DNA of 64,000 nucleotides. Origin: Diplonema japonicum. Taxonomy: Eukaryota > Protista > Euglenozoa: Diplonemea. Where the stretch lies: positions 472,374 through 536,373 of the forward strand of contig OZ025697.1 in NCBI GenBank assembly GCA_964019335.1. The letters run 5' to 3'. The translations under genes and the position numbers were made by a program. Of the stretch, positions 24,401 through 32,601 are shown piece after piece. The notes below the pieces were generated by a model. The model made no database searches, was not told where the DNA came from, and saw nothing but the letters and a program-made list of their open reading frames with translations. Position 1 is the first letter of the stretch, and the number at the start of each line of letters is the position of its first letter.

Positions 24401-25588
24401 CACATTTTTAACTGTGTCGGCGAAACGCAGCGTGTTGTAGCTCTCCTGGTAGCAAGCAGCGTGCGGGCTCACATGCGTAATGACGAGGGTTCGACTGTTC
24501 CCTCCGAGACTGTTTACAAGGACTTTCGTAAGAACGGATTCCCTTACAGGAGGTGCGAGGTCTTCACCCTGGGCCAACCTCTCGAAGGCAATGCGCAGGA
24601 CGGAAAGAGATTTGTTAGCCGCAACCGCGTCGGTAGATTCTGCTCTGGGGTTGTGCTTGCGTAGGTCCTCAGTGCCAGCAAGGTCCACCATCGTCAGAAG
24701 GGAGTGCGATGTCCTTTCAGGTGCGTCTTCCAGCGTGCGGTCGATTGACTCTACCACGTCATAGGGCGACGCCCCGAAGGTCTTAACTACTTTAAACAGC
24801 ACGATGCAGTGCGAGGTGGGCTTCCGTCTTGTACATGCCATGTGCAGGAAGTGATCGATGTCATCTGAGGAGTACAATGTGTGCCACTGCAGCTCCGGGA
24901 GGTGCACTTGCTTCTCTTCTGTACCCGTCATCATCGAGATGTGCGATGTCACATGAACCGGCAGCACGTTGCCCGGCTTCCTGCCAGGCGATGCAGGGAC
25001 TTCCTCTTTAAGCAGGTCGAAAGCCTCGTTGCGATACACAGAGATAACCCCTACTTGCAGCTTGTAGTAGCGCACTTTGTGCTTCCCGTTGTAGGCCACC
25101 ATCGCCTGGAGGAGCGAGGCTGCAGCACGGGGGATGATGCCTTCCTCGCTTTTACCCTTCCTACCGAACATGGTGTATGTCTTGCCTGTATTGGCCTGAC
25201 CATATGCAAAGACAGAGAGGTTGAACCCGTTTAACACCTGCCGTACGGGGCCCTCAAGGGGTGCATAAAAGGCCTCCTGGTCAGTGTAGGTTGCACCTGT
25301 GCGGGAAGGGGTCGTGGAGCTCCAACTGCATCTGTCAAAACAGTACGATCTGTACGAGTCAGCAGGGTTCCTAGCTAAAGGGTTCATGATGGTGACGCAC
25401 CCTACGTGCACGTCGGAGTACATTCGCACGCAGTCAGACCGCTCCCTCCCTCTGTGCCGTGTCACGGCCTGCTCCCCCTTTGTGGGTGGCCTAGCCCGTG
25501 CCCACACCTCCACTTCGATGTCTACGCACCTTGTTCTGCGTCCCCATCTAGGAGAGCGCTCGAATGGCAGCTCCTGCATAGAACTCAT
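12446..25588 (-). CDS. Giant kinesin-like protein (4380 aa): N-terminal motor, helical repeats, C-terminal coiled coil
   Basis: VEVWARARP, YCFD, FAYGQANTGKTYTM (P-loop), MVDLAGTE (switch II), NKSLSVL, PVRESVLTKVLVNSLGGNSRT, ESYNTLRFA. Single uninterrupted 13.1-kb ORF. Confidence 0.92.
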   Translation of the reverse strand: MSSMQELPFERSPRWGRRTRCVDIEVEVWARARPPTKGEQAVTRHRGRERSDCVRMYSDVHVGCVTIMNPLARNPADSYRSYCFDRCSWSSTTPSRTGATYTDQEAFYAPLEGPVRQVLNGFNLSVFAYGQANTGKTYTMFGRKGKSEEGIIPRAAASLLQAMVAYNGKHKVRYYKLQVGVISVYRNEAFDLLKEEVPASPGRKPGNVLPVHVTSHISMMTGTEEKQVHLPELQWHTLYSSDDIDHFLHMACTRRKPTSHCIVLFKVVKTFGASPYDVVESIDRTLEDAPERTSHSLLTMVDLAGTEDLRKHNPRAESTDAVAANKSLSVLRIAFERLAQGEDLAPPVRESVLTKVLVNSLGGNSRTLVITHVSPHAACYQESYNTLRFADTVKNVLSHVTFATPSPPCDDRVHEIRKVLSDPWLDPAQKAALEVLLADELDEVAQYDSWLQEVADRRRALISARRVQQQVVNKYNAITTKAGQEATTADAELQEAQNVMKRLMDRLAALESRPRGRYSAQLENEKQLLREQLQKATSEKLMLNNLKARLLRKLDNLTFEAVQQEAGVYSPAADPEVPGDMLLDNLDALATVERHTVTFDDPEEHVSDDSRADGVDMEIEPDFYEKRMAMSSVWLNTLEALSNQVGQVVDSNDIFKAKDLAASVREMGAAYPKFKGIMRAVGDRLESICSSTGNREVGSTVLVSGGRETGADAFDGTMEMNTAAVRVSELVGELALSEASAAKHLRYISMLESRVEELNNNCNKLVSSIREARKHELHPAAAASLAVGLAEVDYSAFSAAQADPSLGVTVAVRSLLEPDEYCDNITRVLAFKSAMNSVLVADTALTLLTPSARSQLTTLQSLIERVDITSNNFDGQLAVLRSEVIVQRKDAATMCDSTISLVPHETNRPLGRSQTLTKEISPDLAAATVKATEVAAAIRRDDHAEDKVREVHSMFLACSAPEAASLTDESRRRLVLGDTVGAAAALHAAAAAAAADMTIYSAPTKPSRLSALLNGLSELQKALTRGDLISQAAVADLRDQACTLSGLGPGAAECTASRLRTTCTKQDAVLVSGSAAGAARRHPGIGNFLRGIVACLQEDEPVQASEEAEKARAALHKTRLAAVEIDAMIKTLNVKTRPHVFGDIERAAEATSDAVTLLGGSPAGTLVATAHSGLQTTAAHMRNGETAKAVETARHASAAVTKAAITGVASAVQLARKFAAACAELRGKATATITAEATQQLAHDALILSQEAAYAAGASQPSAIVTEGLEQCTQKLVEAAEHLSLGKVCRDACEAAGKAGAAAWGAAEGHSNVCKAFKAMREASDHLASEDVDQAHQALSEAGQATQTAESAVTCDLTAARLRDLVKQINALHREPCGNTSAAEAFRIHKTLLTMAGEPGADETTARFIAERLNEVLRGLQGDSTNMELANVISSTIVQATESAELPTLEESVAESLKMKLEHALSTDGSNADKLIATAKHLAETQGGVFGKSMDLIATELAQGAPTQQALELCANTLTANQSLKSVYNTLQHPPAGGVTPSQLIIMSGELALTAAPLQGEAKQQLLDLSEKLVHASREPDMALEAVLNDVSTAVQGPPPEEAPGLLALSETLQLLASAHCDREREEVFKKLEHMKNLSPGCEQLFTAIDTFAMNGQEPMQGDENRAPHSMADMMVQEELLQASGDVVPESMTVHSDGGLLREGAQLHAVIAQLESLENKAQLQEISGDELVLLAEDLQRASPSNKELADMLTQASENEELTAATITRLKDEIVQAAGFSTPSDSTTRLANTLKNLASCKQDDTLDISAIKKAALQARAAAAKNKNLKNVAAKLDEYVERAERGDIVSTEELLALAKVVNDEDDGNDESDLEKLSVLIGTDDNDAILELLSEILNHRPELQGLLAAVREHVHRSLDPGLSPSRVDPLSELDFSNPAAVASLVERLRNGEELVEEAREAAGRLRSSSLKMMGLADEAEKCILSEDLQGLANVLEQAASVQSFSAEDLFVPTVQPTYTSLCAAIQELKKKYSKGIPVPEGCIADIQEKACLIGSIGPAPVESICLAMRQVPLNAGGVFAMKAASKRHATEEFMTAAGLLEDSNMEDAVSSCEDLTDAFSLSRQALANCLNALWSASRGCAEGINTAVHSVEAACSKLAVCGVDVNDMPAAVSALNSAAEAAETNPQEAASLVQNAIDVLGQHSHCATKKKLSTAIAISKALTELSKAMSSEYADRVVISEQLTFLRREAQVIQESSSSDCIISKSMARVIGDLSQLKLSSEEAPSQCVKIASRLRNSVDAQNAVAKGAELLTETVGMFLGGRTEEGIASIAQTAMLCECLKTYSEDLYEDLNEVASASSETPAMILAATVDGIAKQLSNLGGNRSKVEYSACVAVARLSELDDMPEESKAPQLEKLLDDMLLISGAPPSEGEAGVAALSEGLWNLERETDPLRSAEAGAVARDTAKTLTSCPGVVGDAMHEVVSMLDVNHPDAKVVADGVVTCTSKLRDLANSLSVAAAIGDISADQLSLLAGCALAAVGYAPGSSGKYGVELAERLGDAAGRKGRGLPVNLESLRDAAAEAAGLKTAKPLADMQTAELNTLTEQAKQLMLSGGVDLLDAVATLEDAATGGSVTGKTLAAVAKVASLSSHAVLEDLSSRIDAATEPFNFIAIASLLDDVSTQATESPKLRGLLSSCREHLKSLCSGKVSLLESLNHITAHPEMTDRLREELQQGSEKVSQLTTRFSDACAAVLQAEGNDGAKDALRLVLSTVDGQGSVETVMRAAEEALKESNIPYVASALQDLKDSYVSLAQVAAQGAKAVDIPSEARYALYDTALAALVCTDKVDVDDATLKLTGAEMCCVLKTKAATNALSDSDDLLQLLQGCEVSDVPALRDAERTIAGLETALSTLQAELQERLSKQETTQSDMQQLQSELSVAKNHLGVIEQQLQKAEEYGDEREGKIVSLEDACSLLEGQLQEVEQQGTTSNAQLQKLREELHQSEKNVKDKADEMQTLQRNIATMKQEFEERLEVDRNAMQEAADNPSTASDVRQTLQGAVDEGISALAKKTLLEIKENHALPAHLQEAVQQVLTHGGDPVSQCETLTALQGSGVSLSPAVTNMIDVKQSADIRGNGLGAVCSSMATLADRIRRGSNIRVDSVREVSEKLRVDGAASAAALVDEATRRLQAGDSVGAALVLQAAAENTAATSAHGVPMHPKLAGLLADLAELHHRLSSGEKVTKVEISRLRGRALEAAALGSSAAESCVRHLAKMASKSTGTELLLLSEISQQCIQRHPELTELLSEFSQTVVDSPLVAGALLSEAADVYEEIRLIAVQTGETARRLQLGETGSEVQAAASYAAGTVSAVLDNMRHSSDTLQAASSSIRGAVDKLSSGMPSAGDMWRGAQQAEAATGCGLRSAIVVARRSVTFCKDLSNKIQSNTIDSSCTAMSVDTLVAELQGAAQAVPARSIIAMALGDAAALLMENSSHTKSLDEVAILLTDVADAQENVERCLEKITHAAKLLDSCGGVGGGAADPPALQEAVIALNLAGDAAGAASGACDRTSLTGVSRTLGETADALRGVAARCKASVADSSQRTPSSADILVLNSQLSKIGGKIGGDEAASRLIAERLRGMLDALQKKGHLPAEASETLHSFPSPVDVVAAEKEITEVGPSAGEAAASALAAKLRDLEKSLANGATLQDNAEEMRSATRDALKGQSGTSIVAKAMQTVESLIYDAMEKQVPDAILASLQGARELCEGAASASCSARRVARSLWGLESCAAYGIQPSRKDLVTLSEEAFEGSNRLEDPHATQELRDVANSLQEIAETLNVDVPVLGRLRDTAAMAAGLPVRGAAGAVADLASRTLALSTRVTAGGTVDSAELTRLSEEAKAAATRHPDAAPSLTQLAEELHDAATKAHANDSDLALGASYDRCKRLEESFAGPPKQDASMQWPDAEGFLSDEESVQKLRATLGKQMQEEMTKLNNRWKKKLTESETVREELAAELGAMAEQLAETDVELEVANRRVDDLEKEVSLMQRDAMEGVEAIIADKDAAILLHADALDSAAKMKVEDDETIERLEMEVATEAHMARMLAVMNERSLENWRGAGDAFANRNESWSVEEARLCSQLEEASKACSALEGAVTRIEQDKERLRYEMGLVEQEIQAERVMHENEVQNLELRISQQNSEIEELESALAENDTADSMREGIETGLRSEVEKHKELCSELNTKIATAKTKIQELEEELKQNKYELKSNVSKLEEVGKKLEEATALQMETEESRKELQTTEETSRQTIASLRTELEMVAISTAPGNAMAELQKELAKVSAERTKAQQEHGRLENEAAEALETAAAEKIRLEHELKESQLLVAELSEALELED

Positions 25589-25679
25589 TAGACAGGCATC
25601 TGTGGTGTGGTAAGGTGTGCACTGACAACAAGCGTACTTACTAATCTAACAACAAGGTAATCATGGTACTCGCAGGACG

Positions 25680-26309
25680 CTAGTCACGCATGTCGAAATC
25701 GAACGGGTTGTCGAGGAGGTAGTTGCAAGCTGTGATTTGGGACTCAGCCGCTTCAAGGAGTTGCTGCTCCTGGAGGGTGTACGGGTGCGTGGGCGGTGGG
25801 GAGGGTCGGGAGGCAAGTTTGGCACGTGCCTCGGTGATATCGGCTTCGGCGTTGCGGAGGTCGTTTAGGTTGGTTTTGCGGAGTGTCTGCTCCTGGTGCA
25901 GGGCTGTTCGAAGGGTGTCTCTCTCTGTTCGGAGTAGTTCCATCTCCGCAGTGAGTCGTGCGTTAGCGGCTCGCTCATGCTCGTTCTGTCCCCTGAGGAT
26001 CCCAATAGCCTCCGTCGCTTCCTCCAGGGTTCCTGACAGCTCTTCGTTCGCTCTCCGCAGTGCCTCCAGAGCATTAGCTGCCCACTCCATCTCATCACGC
26101 CCGTCGCGCATGGGCGACACCGACAGGGAGCTCCGCCCCTCGTTCCGCATGGGCGACATCTTCTCAGGGGACACCTGCACATGGCCCGGTGTCATAGGTG
26201 TTGCGACCTCTTCAGGCTTAACGGGTGCTGGTACAGGTGCAACTGGTTTACTGACATGGAACACTCCTGTGGTGGGCAGGGAACCCCTCCCCCCTTCGAA
26301 CTCATTCAT
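25680..26309 (-). CDS. Hypothetical coiled-coil protein (possible additional 5' exon)
   Basis: ORF on the cluster strand with a Pro-rich SP-containing N-terminus and an E/L/R-rich heptad region. Confidence 0.7.
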   Translation of the reverse strand: MNEFEGGRGSLPTTGVFHVSKPVAPVPAPVKPEEVATPMTPGHVQVSPEKMSPMRNEGRSSLSVSPMRDGRDEMEWAANALEALRRANEELSGTLEEATEAIGILRGQNEHERAANARLTAEMELLRTERDTLRTALHQEQTLRKTNLNDLRNAEADITEARAKLASRPSPPPTHPYTLQEQQLLEAAESQITACNYLLDNPFDFDMRD

Positions 26310-26910
26310 CCCCTGGGTGTGCTGTGAAGAGCAGCAGCAAGAGGCAAATAAACAGGGAGAATATGGGGACAAAGTAAAAAGGGAAAAAAAGGGGGGGAAA
26401 TATGGAGGAAAGGCGGGAGAACTTTTACCTACACAAGTGGGGGGGAAGGAGGGTGAATGGGCTGGATGATGTGGAAAACATTTTTTAAGTGCAAAACGGT
26501 GCTCTAGTGTTGCTTTTCGTATTTTGTCGTGATTGCCGACCTGTCCCTTGCTCTCTATTGTCTGTGATGCATGTGTTAAGGAAAACAGCAGTTCTAGACA
26601 ACTAGTCTACGCTTAAGACTCTTCTGGAGGAAGTGAACACTGTAGTTGGGGGTAGAGTGAAGAAGGGAGGAATAGAGATAAAACCTTTTTTACTTCCCTA
26701 AAAGTGATATTTTTCCTTCAAAGAGAGACAGGCTCCGCCCTAAAGCAACTTTTTTTTAAAAAAAAGGGGATATGTCTAAAGGTTGGAAAAAAAAAGGGGG
26801 GGGTTAATGGAATTACACTTATTATTTTTTTTGTCCAGTCTATTCCTCGTCCTCAGACTCGTCATCGCTGGATTCTCTGTATTTTTTTTTCATTTTTTTT
26901 TTCCCCCCCG

Positions 26911-27480
26911 TCACTCATACTCCTTCTTTGCCTTCTTGGCAGGCTTGTACTCGGCCATGTCTTCCTTCCACTGCTCGATGGCCTCCTTGTATTCGTCCTG
27001 GTAGGTTTTCTTCTCATCGTCAGCAAGGTCGTTCCACCTGGTACCAATCTCTTTGGCGACTTCGCTGGCCTTCATGTCGGGGTTCTCTTCCTTCACGTCC
27101 CCTCTAACCTTTCCGGAGAAGGCGAAGAACGGGGTGAGGGGCTTCTTGGGGGCGTTGGGGTCCTTCTTGGCCTTGGCCTTCCTCTTGCCCTTGGTCTTCT
27201 TCGGCTCGTCCTCGCTGTCCTCGTCGGAGCTCTCCTTGTTGTCCTTGTACTCCTGAAGATCGATTTTGTACTGTTCCTTTGCTTCGTTGGCCATCTCAGT
27301 GTATTTTTCCTTGTCGCTGTCGCTTGCCTCGCTCCACTTCTTCCCCAGCTCCTTCAGGATTTCGGTCGCCTTAATGTCAGGGTTTTCGGCCTTCACGTTC
27401 TCCCTCTCATCCTTGCAGAAGAGCATGTACGAGGACAGGGGCCTCTTGGGTGCGTTGGGGTCCTTCTTTCCCTTTGCCAT
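26911..27480 (-). CDS. HMGB/NHP6-like protein with two HMG boxes
   Basis: KKDPNAPKRPLSSYMLF...LGKKW and KKDPNAPKKPLTPFFAF...IGTRW, joined by an acidic/basic linker. Confidence 0.95.
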   Translation of the reverse strand: MAKGKKDPNAPKRPLSSYMLFCKDERENVKAENPDIKATEILKELGKKWSEASDSDKEKYTEMANEAKEQYKIDLQEYKDNKESSDEDSEDEPKKTKGKRKAKAKKDPNAPKKPLTPFFAFSGKVRGDVKEENPDMKASEVAKEIGTRWNDLADDEKKTYQDEYKEAIEQWKEDMAEYKPAKKAKKEYE

Positions 27481-28608
27481 TTTTTTTTTTTTTTTTTTAG
27501 TTTTTTTTTAACTTCTAAACTTTTTGTTTTGTTTTTTTTTTTTTTTTTTTTTTTTTTTTCCTCCCAACAGTTCCGAAATACAGAATAGAGCAACGGTATT
27601 TTTTTTTTTTTTTTTTTTGATAAAAAGAAAGGAAGAATGGTGGGTGGGTGGGGGGAGAAAATTGAGGAGAAGAAGAAAAGAGGGGGAAAAAAAAACATCA
27701 CTATTGAAGAAGTGTTAGCAACGACCCACTAAAGAAGGGGGGGGAAAAAAAAGAGACATTTAAGGGTACCTGCGGTATGTGGCAGGACGCCTGAATGAAA
27801 AAAACATAAGGAAAAAAAAAGAGGGGGGGAAACACAACAAATAAAAAAAAGGAGATGCTATGAGGAAGGTTATCATGTTTCTAGGATTTTCCCCTTCACT
27901 CACTCCCCCATTATTTCTTGCTTTTTTCTTCTTCTTTTTTTTTTCTTTTTGTCCCGTAGCTAGGTTGATGGTAGTAGGTGTGCATCGTATTCGGGGTGAG
28001 GCCATTCCACTATGTTATTTCTTTTTAAAAAAAAATATAAAAAAAAAAAACTTAAGAAAGAAAAGAGAAGAAAAATAAAAAGGACAGGGAAGGGGACTAC
28101 CTAAGCATGCACCTCGGCTCGGCCTGCTTCGCGTACTGAGAGGCCAAAAAAAAGAAAAAAGAAGGAAAAATGCTAAGGCGGACATCGACCTGATTAAGAA
28201 AGATGACAAAAAATAAAAAAAAAGAAGAAGGGGGACCTGAAAAAAAACAAAAAAAAATGATGACTCTTAAAAAGAAAAAAAAAAAGTGTGTGTGGAGAGG
28301 GGGCACTATTGCTAAACGAAATATTAAAAGGAGGGGAAAGAAAAAAAGGGAAGGGGGGGGGGGGGAACAAACAAAAAAAGGGAAAGATTTCTTTAAAAAA
28401 TGAAGCCAACCACCCATCACCTGCATCTACCAGTCCAGTAGGAGAAGGCTCCTCCCTTCCTTTCAGTCCTCTTTTTTTTTTTTTTATCTTCGTCTAACTT
28501 TTTTTTTGGGGGGGAATAAATGGGGGAAACACTCTGTTTTGAAGCAGCAACGATTTTTTAATGACTTTTTTTTTTCTAAAAAGAAATTTTTTTATTTTTC
28601 ATTCCTAT

Positions 28609-29363
28609 CTAGTGGAGGAATCTACATTTCGGGCCAAAAGTGCAGTTTGGCAGATTTCTGCACTTAACTTTAGACTTTCCGAATTTGCTGCTGGAGCCGT
28701 CGGAGTGCAGGAAAGCGCAGCCCGTACCGTTTCTGCAGCCCTGGGACGTGTTGTGGAAATGACATTCGTTGGACTTGCCACCACCGCCGCCGCCGCCACC
28801 ACCACCAAGACCAGGGAGACCAGGCTGGCCGGGCTGACCCCTGCTGGAGCTGTAGGCGTTGGGGAAGGATCCCTGTGGCCGAGCCATCACCCTCTCGTAG
28901 GTGGCCATCATGGTGGCACCCTTTTCAGAAATGGGGATTTCGCTGTTGTAGCCCTTCATTGTTCTCGCCTTTTTTTTTTGTTTTGTTGTTGTTTTTTTTT
29001 TTTTTTTTTTTTTTTTTTTTCTTTCCCACTCGCATACCTCTCCAGGTTGCAGTGCATTGAATTCCGGGTTCTCCTGCTTCTGCGGCGCGACATAGCTGCT
29101 GGTAGGCGGCATCTGAGGACCGAGCTTCCCACCCATCGCCCCCGGACCCATCCCAGGCCCCATGCCTGGCCCCGGCATGCCCCCCTTTCCACCCATCATC
29201 TGCGGTTGCATCATGTACATCTGCCTATAGGCATGTTGCTGTGGTTGTGGCAGTTTAGTTTGAAAAAAAAAAAAAGGAAAGCCCGCCCAGCCGCCCATAC
29301 CTGCATCAGGAATTGAGGGTTGAAACCAGGTTGTTGGTACCCAGGTGGCATATTATTTTGCAT
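28609..29363 (-). CDS. CCCH zinc-finger protein with Q/P/G/M low-complexity N-terminus (about 3 exons)
   Basis: Two C-terminal fingers, CHFHNTSQGCRNGTGCAFLH and CRNLPNCTFGPKCRFLH. GTATG donors at 29300 and 29037; introns are homopolymer-rich. Confidence 0.8.
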
Positions 29364-29426
29364 TTTGATTACCCCCCTGAGTGGATGTTGTGTGCTGAAT
29401 GTAACAGCAAATGGCACTCGGCAAGG

Positions 29427-31220
29427 CTAGGCTTCGTCCTCCCAGGTCTCTGGTATGTCCGCTTGTTGGGTGGACTGAGCAACTGTAGGTAGCTTCCTGC
29501 GGGGAGGGACGAGTGCGATGCCACAGTCGGGGCACCTGCGGACCCAGAGCAAGAGTCCCCCTTTTCCACACGCACCGCAGCTCCACGTAGAGGAAGTCAG
29601 GCCACGCGAGGAGGTCCGAACCAAAGTCGCAGGTGGGGGCGGTGCAGGACCCTCCTGTATTTGTTCTATCTCTTCCTGTTGATGTTCTTGTGCCTCGACC
29701 TCTTGTGCCTCTTGTGCATTCTTGTCACCATTGTCATTATTGCCTTTTTTTCCCACGTTCCCGCCCTTCCCCTCAAGCCAAGCTGTGGCCCTCGCAAGCA
29801 CAGCGTCCTGTTTGTCAGTGTGTTTACCTTCGGCAAGCATACCTCGGCATCGGGCCTCTTTGGGAACTGGAAGTCCGGTTCTTTTTGCAGACCTACGAGT
29901 GCAGTGACCTCGCGTTCCTCATTCTCCTCCTCCCTCCTCTTCTCCATTGCTTGCGCCAAGTTCTCTACAACAGAGCGTGTCTCCGCCTTCACCTCAGCTT
30001 TCGGCGCTGTCATCGCTTCCTCCAGATCTTCAACGCCTGACCAGAGAGGTGCCCTTCGGCGCGAGGGTGGCGGGAGGTCGCCGATAGGGCTGTTAGCTGG
30101 AAGTAGTTCTTCTAGCGATAGTTTACCCTTGGTCATCACTGTTTTTAGTGACGGCATGGCCTCGTAGAGCTGGTTCACGATGGCTCTGAGCTCCAAGATG
30201 TCACCTACTACATAGTGCCTGAGGGACTCGGTGCCCGAGCAGTCAGGCGTCCAGTCACCCACCATGTCAGGCCTGTTGTACGCCACTGTGCACGAATATA
30301 CCTGTGTTGTGGTGTGGTCGTGGCTGCATAGGTATTGGCCATACCGCCCTTGTTGCGAAGCTTTCAATGGGCTCACTAAGCTCCAAGATGAGGACTCCTA
30401 ACACGCTCGTCAAAGGGCGCACATGCTGCGGGAGGGCCATGCGGTCTTCACCGTCAGTGTGCAGTTTGATGAAAGCGCCCGTGTGCGATGTGACCACAGC
30501 CGGACGCCATGTGCCCTTGAGGTACTGTTCGACATGCTCGTCAGGTGCGTACTGCACAGACTGCTCTACGAGGTGCATCTTTGTGATGCTTTCCATGCTG
30601 ACCCTTGCGCGCATAATGCGCGTCTCACGGAACTTCGCGAAGAGGTTCATAACGTAGTACTTCATCTTGTCTGTGTCGGGGTCGACGTAATTGTCGAGAT
30701 CCTCGTCCTCGAGGTCACTATCCTCACCTGGGTAGGACTCGAAAGAGCGCACAATGGGTAGTGCCTGTTTCTCAGTGATGGGCCACTTGTAGTTAGCAAA
30801 GAAAGAGGGAGGTGCTTCGAAGGCTTCGTAGATAAGGTACTCATTCTCGGGATCAATCTTCACGGTGAGTTGCCCCCCGTAAGCAGTTGTAATACTGTTA
30901 CTCGGCTCGTCGGGCATGCCGAAGGCTATCATCCGTAGTGTCTTCCTCCCCACGCACAGTGTCTCGAATGTTGCGGTCTCCATGTCGTCCACTTCGTCGC
31001 TTGGCTGTGGCACCTCATGCATCTTAACAATATCGCACTCTTCCGCACTGACTTCGCTTGGGTGCATCCCTTCCAACAACTCCTCAATACACCTGTTGAC
31101 ACACCACCCGCGCCCCACATCGGGGTCCGTCCCTGTTGCATATAAACTCCGAAACGCCTCAAATGATATCTGATCCAAACCCTGCCTCACGCGCAGCCAT
31201 AGTTGATTCCCGCCTTCCAT
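29427..31220 (-). CDS. Hypothetical protein with C-terminal C4 zinc ribbon (RanBP2-like); introns 30302-30344 and 29808-29842
   Basis: Three overlapping ORFs join in frame through 43- and 35-nt GTATG...ACAG introns. Zinc motif WSCGACG...RCPDCG. Confidence 0.75.
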
Positions 31221-31302
31221 GTTCTTGCCCAACACGCTTGATGCGTCCCCCTGGGTCCTGTCGTGTGATAAGTATGCTTTAATAGCTATAAATAAACTTC
31301 AA

Positions 31303-32601
31303 TCACAAAAACGGGTCCACGGTCCCACGTGAGAGCTGCTTCGTCTGAATGACTTGCTCCATGACCTGTCCGGGGGAGAGGTTCTTCATCAGTACAGACG
31401 GCGCTTGCATTGAAAGCCTGCTGTACGACTCTAGCAGCATCGCAAGGTGATCATCTGCAAAATTGAACATCTGTGCAGCTGCGTGCTCCTCGACAGTCGC
31501 TGCTAGTGCTTGTGGTGAGATACGCGCCTTGCTGTACATCAGCATGCACCGTACAGCCGTCTCTTCCCGCGAGCCGAACCACCCCCTCTCTAAGATGACC
31601 CTTTTCACCTTCGTGAACAGTGGCACAATCCTAAATCTAGGCAACCCACTCACCACCTCCAAGCACAACACCAAGTCCCTCAGTTTGAACCCACTAGTTT
31701 TTTCATTGACCATGAGTAGTAAATTGCTAGCCACATCTTTGCTGCCCGAATATTTCAACCCCACCAGGGCATGGAGCAGCACTCCTAGGTCACCTGGGGA
31801 AAGGATGGTGCTCAATCGCTCGTTTGCAAGCAACTTTACCACGTGGTTCATCAAAGCGCTGGCCTGCAGTCGCGCCTTAGAGGCGGCGTAAACGGCACCA
31901 GGAAGGGCTCTTGTGTCATTCAAGTCAAGACACTTGATCAACTGGCCGTAACACGTGGTTGTCATGGTTGCAAGTGGCTTGCTTGGATGAACTGGTTTGT
32001 AACCACTTTTGGCGAGTGCTTGCAGGAGAGACGAGACGTCACGTGCCGGCCATGCGCGGGAGTTTGTCGCCAGATCTGCAGCGAGCAGCGTATGCATGGC
32101 AGGTGTGAAGTACGACATTTCAGAAGAAACGGTCATCGCCACGGCAAGATCGCGGGGCTCCTTGAATATGGTGAGACCCCTCTTCACGACTGTCCTGTAG
32201 AGCAGCGGCAGTAGGATGTTGACAGATGCTTTCTGTGAGGACCACATCAGCGCAGCCACGAGCCCCCCATTGATATTCTCATCTCTGCAGAATTGCTCTC
32301 TTCCGTATTCAAACAAGTACGGAGCGTCGACATCGCACCTGACGCTTCCCCACAGCACCCACCCCCACTGCTGTTTGTATCTCTGCATCCCCTCCCTCTT
32401 GCAGTTTTCCGTAATGTTATCCACCACTTTCACCTTCACGCTGTACGGTACCCCTACCGTGTTCACACATGCCCACAACACCTGCAGTTCGTGGCCATAC
32501 CACATATCTTTTCTGTGCCGCACGTATTTCTTAACAACATCGCAAGCTTCGTTGTGCTTCCCACTCTGCACCAGTCGCTTTAAGGTATCTATCAGGTGCA
32601 T
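31303..32601 (-). CDS. Helical-repeat (OPR/HPR/FAST-like) putative organellar RNA-binding protein
   Basis: Degenerate 35-40 aa repeats: PRDLAVAMTVSSEMSY, ARDVSSLLQALAKSGY, PGDLGVLLHALVGLKY, LRDLVLCLEVVSGL, DDHLAMLLESYSRL. The true start is uncertain. Confidence 0.7.
   Translation of the reverse strand: MHLIDTLKRLVQSGKHNEACDVVKKYVRHRKDMWYGHELQVLWACVNTVGVPYSVKVKVVDNITENCKREGMQRYKQQWGWVLWGSVRCDVDAPYLFEYGREQFCRDENINGGLVAALMWSSQKASVNILLPLLYRTVVKRGLTIFKEPRDLAVAMTVSSEMSYFTPAMHTLLAADLATNSRAWPARDVSSLLQALAKSGYKPVHPSKPLATMTTTCYGQLIKCLDLNDTRALPGAVYAASKARLQASALMNHVVKLLANERLSTILSPGDLGVLLHALVGLKYSGSKDVASNLLLMVNEKTSGFKLRDLVLCLEVVSGLPRFRIVPLFTKVKRVILERGWFGSREETAVRCMLMYSKARISPQALAATVEEHAAAQMFNFADDHLAMLLESYSRLSMQAPSVLMKNLSPGQVMEQVIQTKQLSRGTVDPFL

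Noticed and set aside
12547-25613. Many long plus-strand ORFs (up to 335 aa)
   Set aside because: These are antisense shadows of the kinesin ORF, Ser/Ala-rich with no motifs. The same applies to plus-strand ORFs over the other minus-strand genes.
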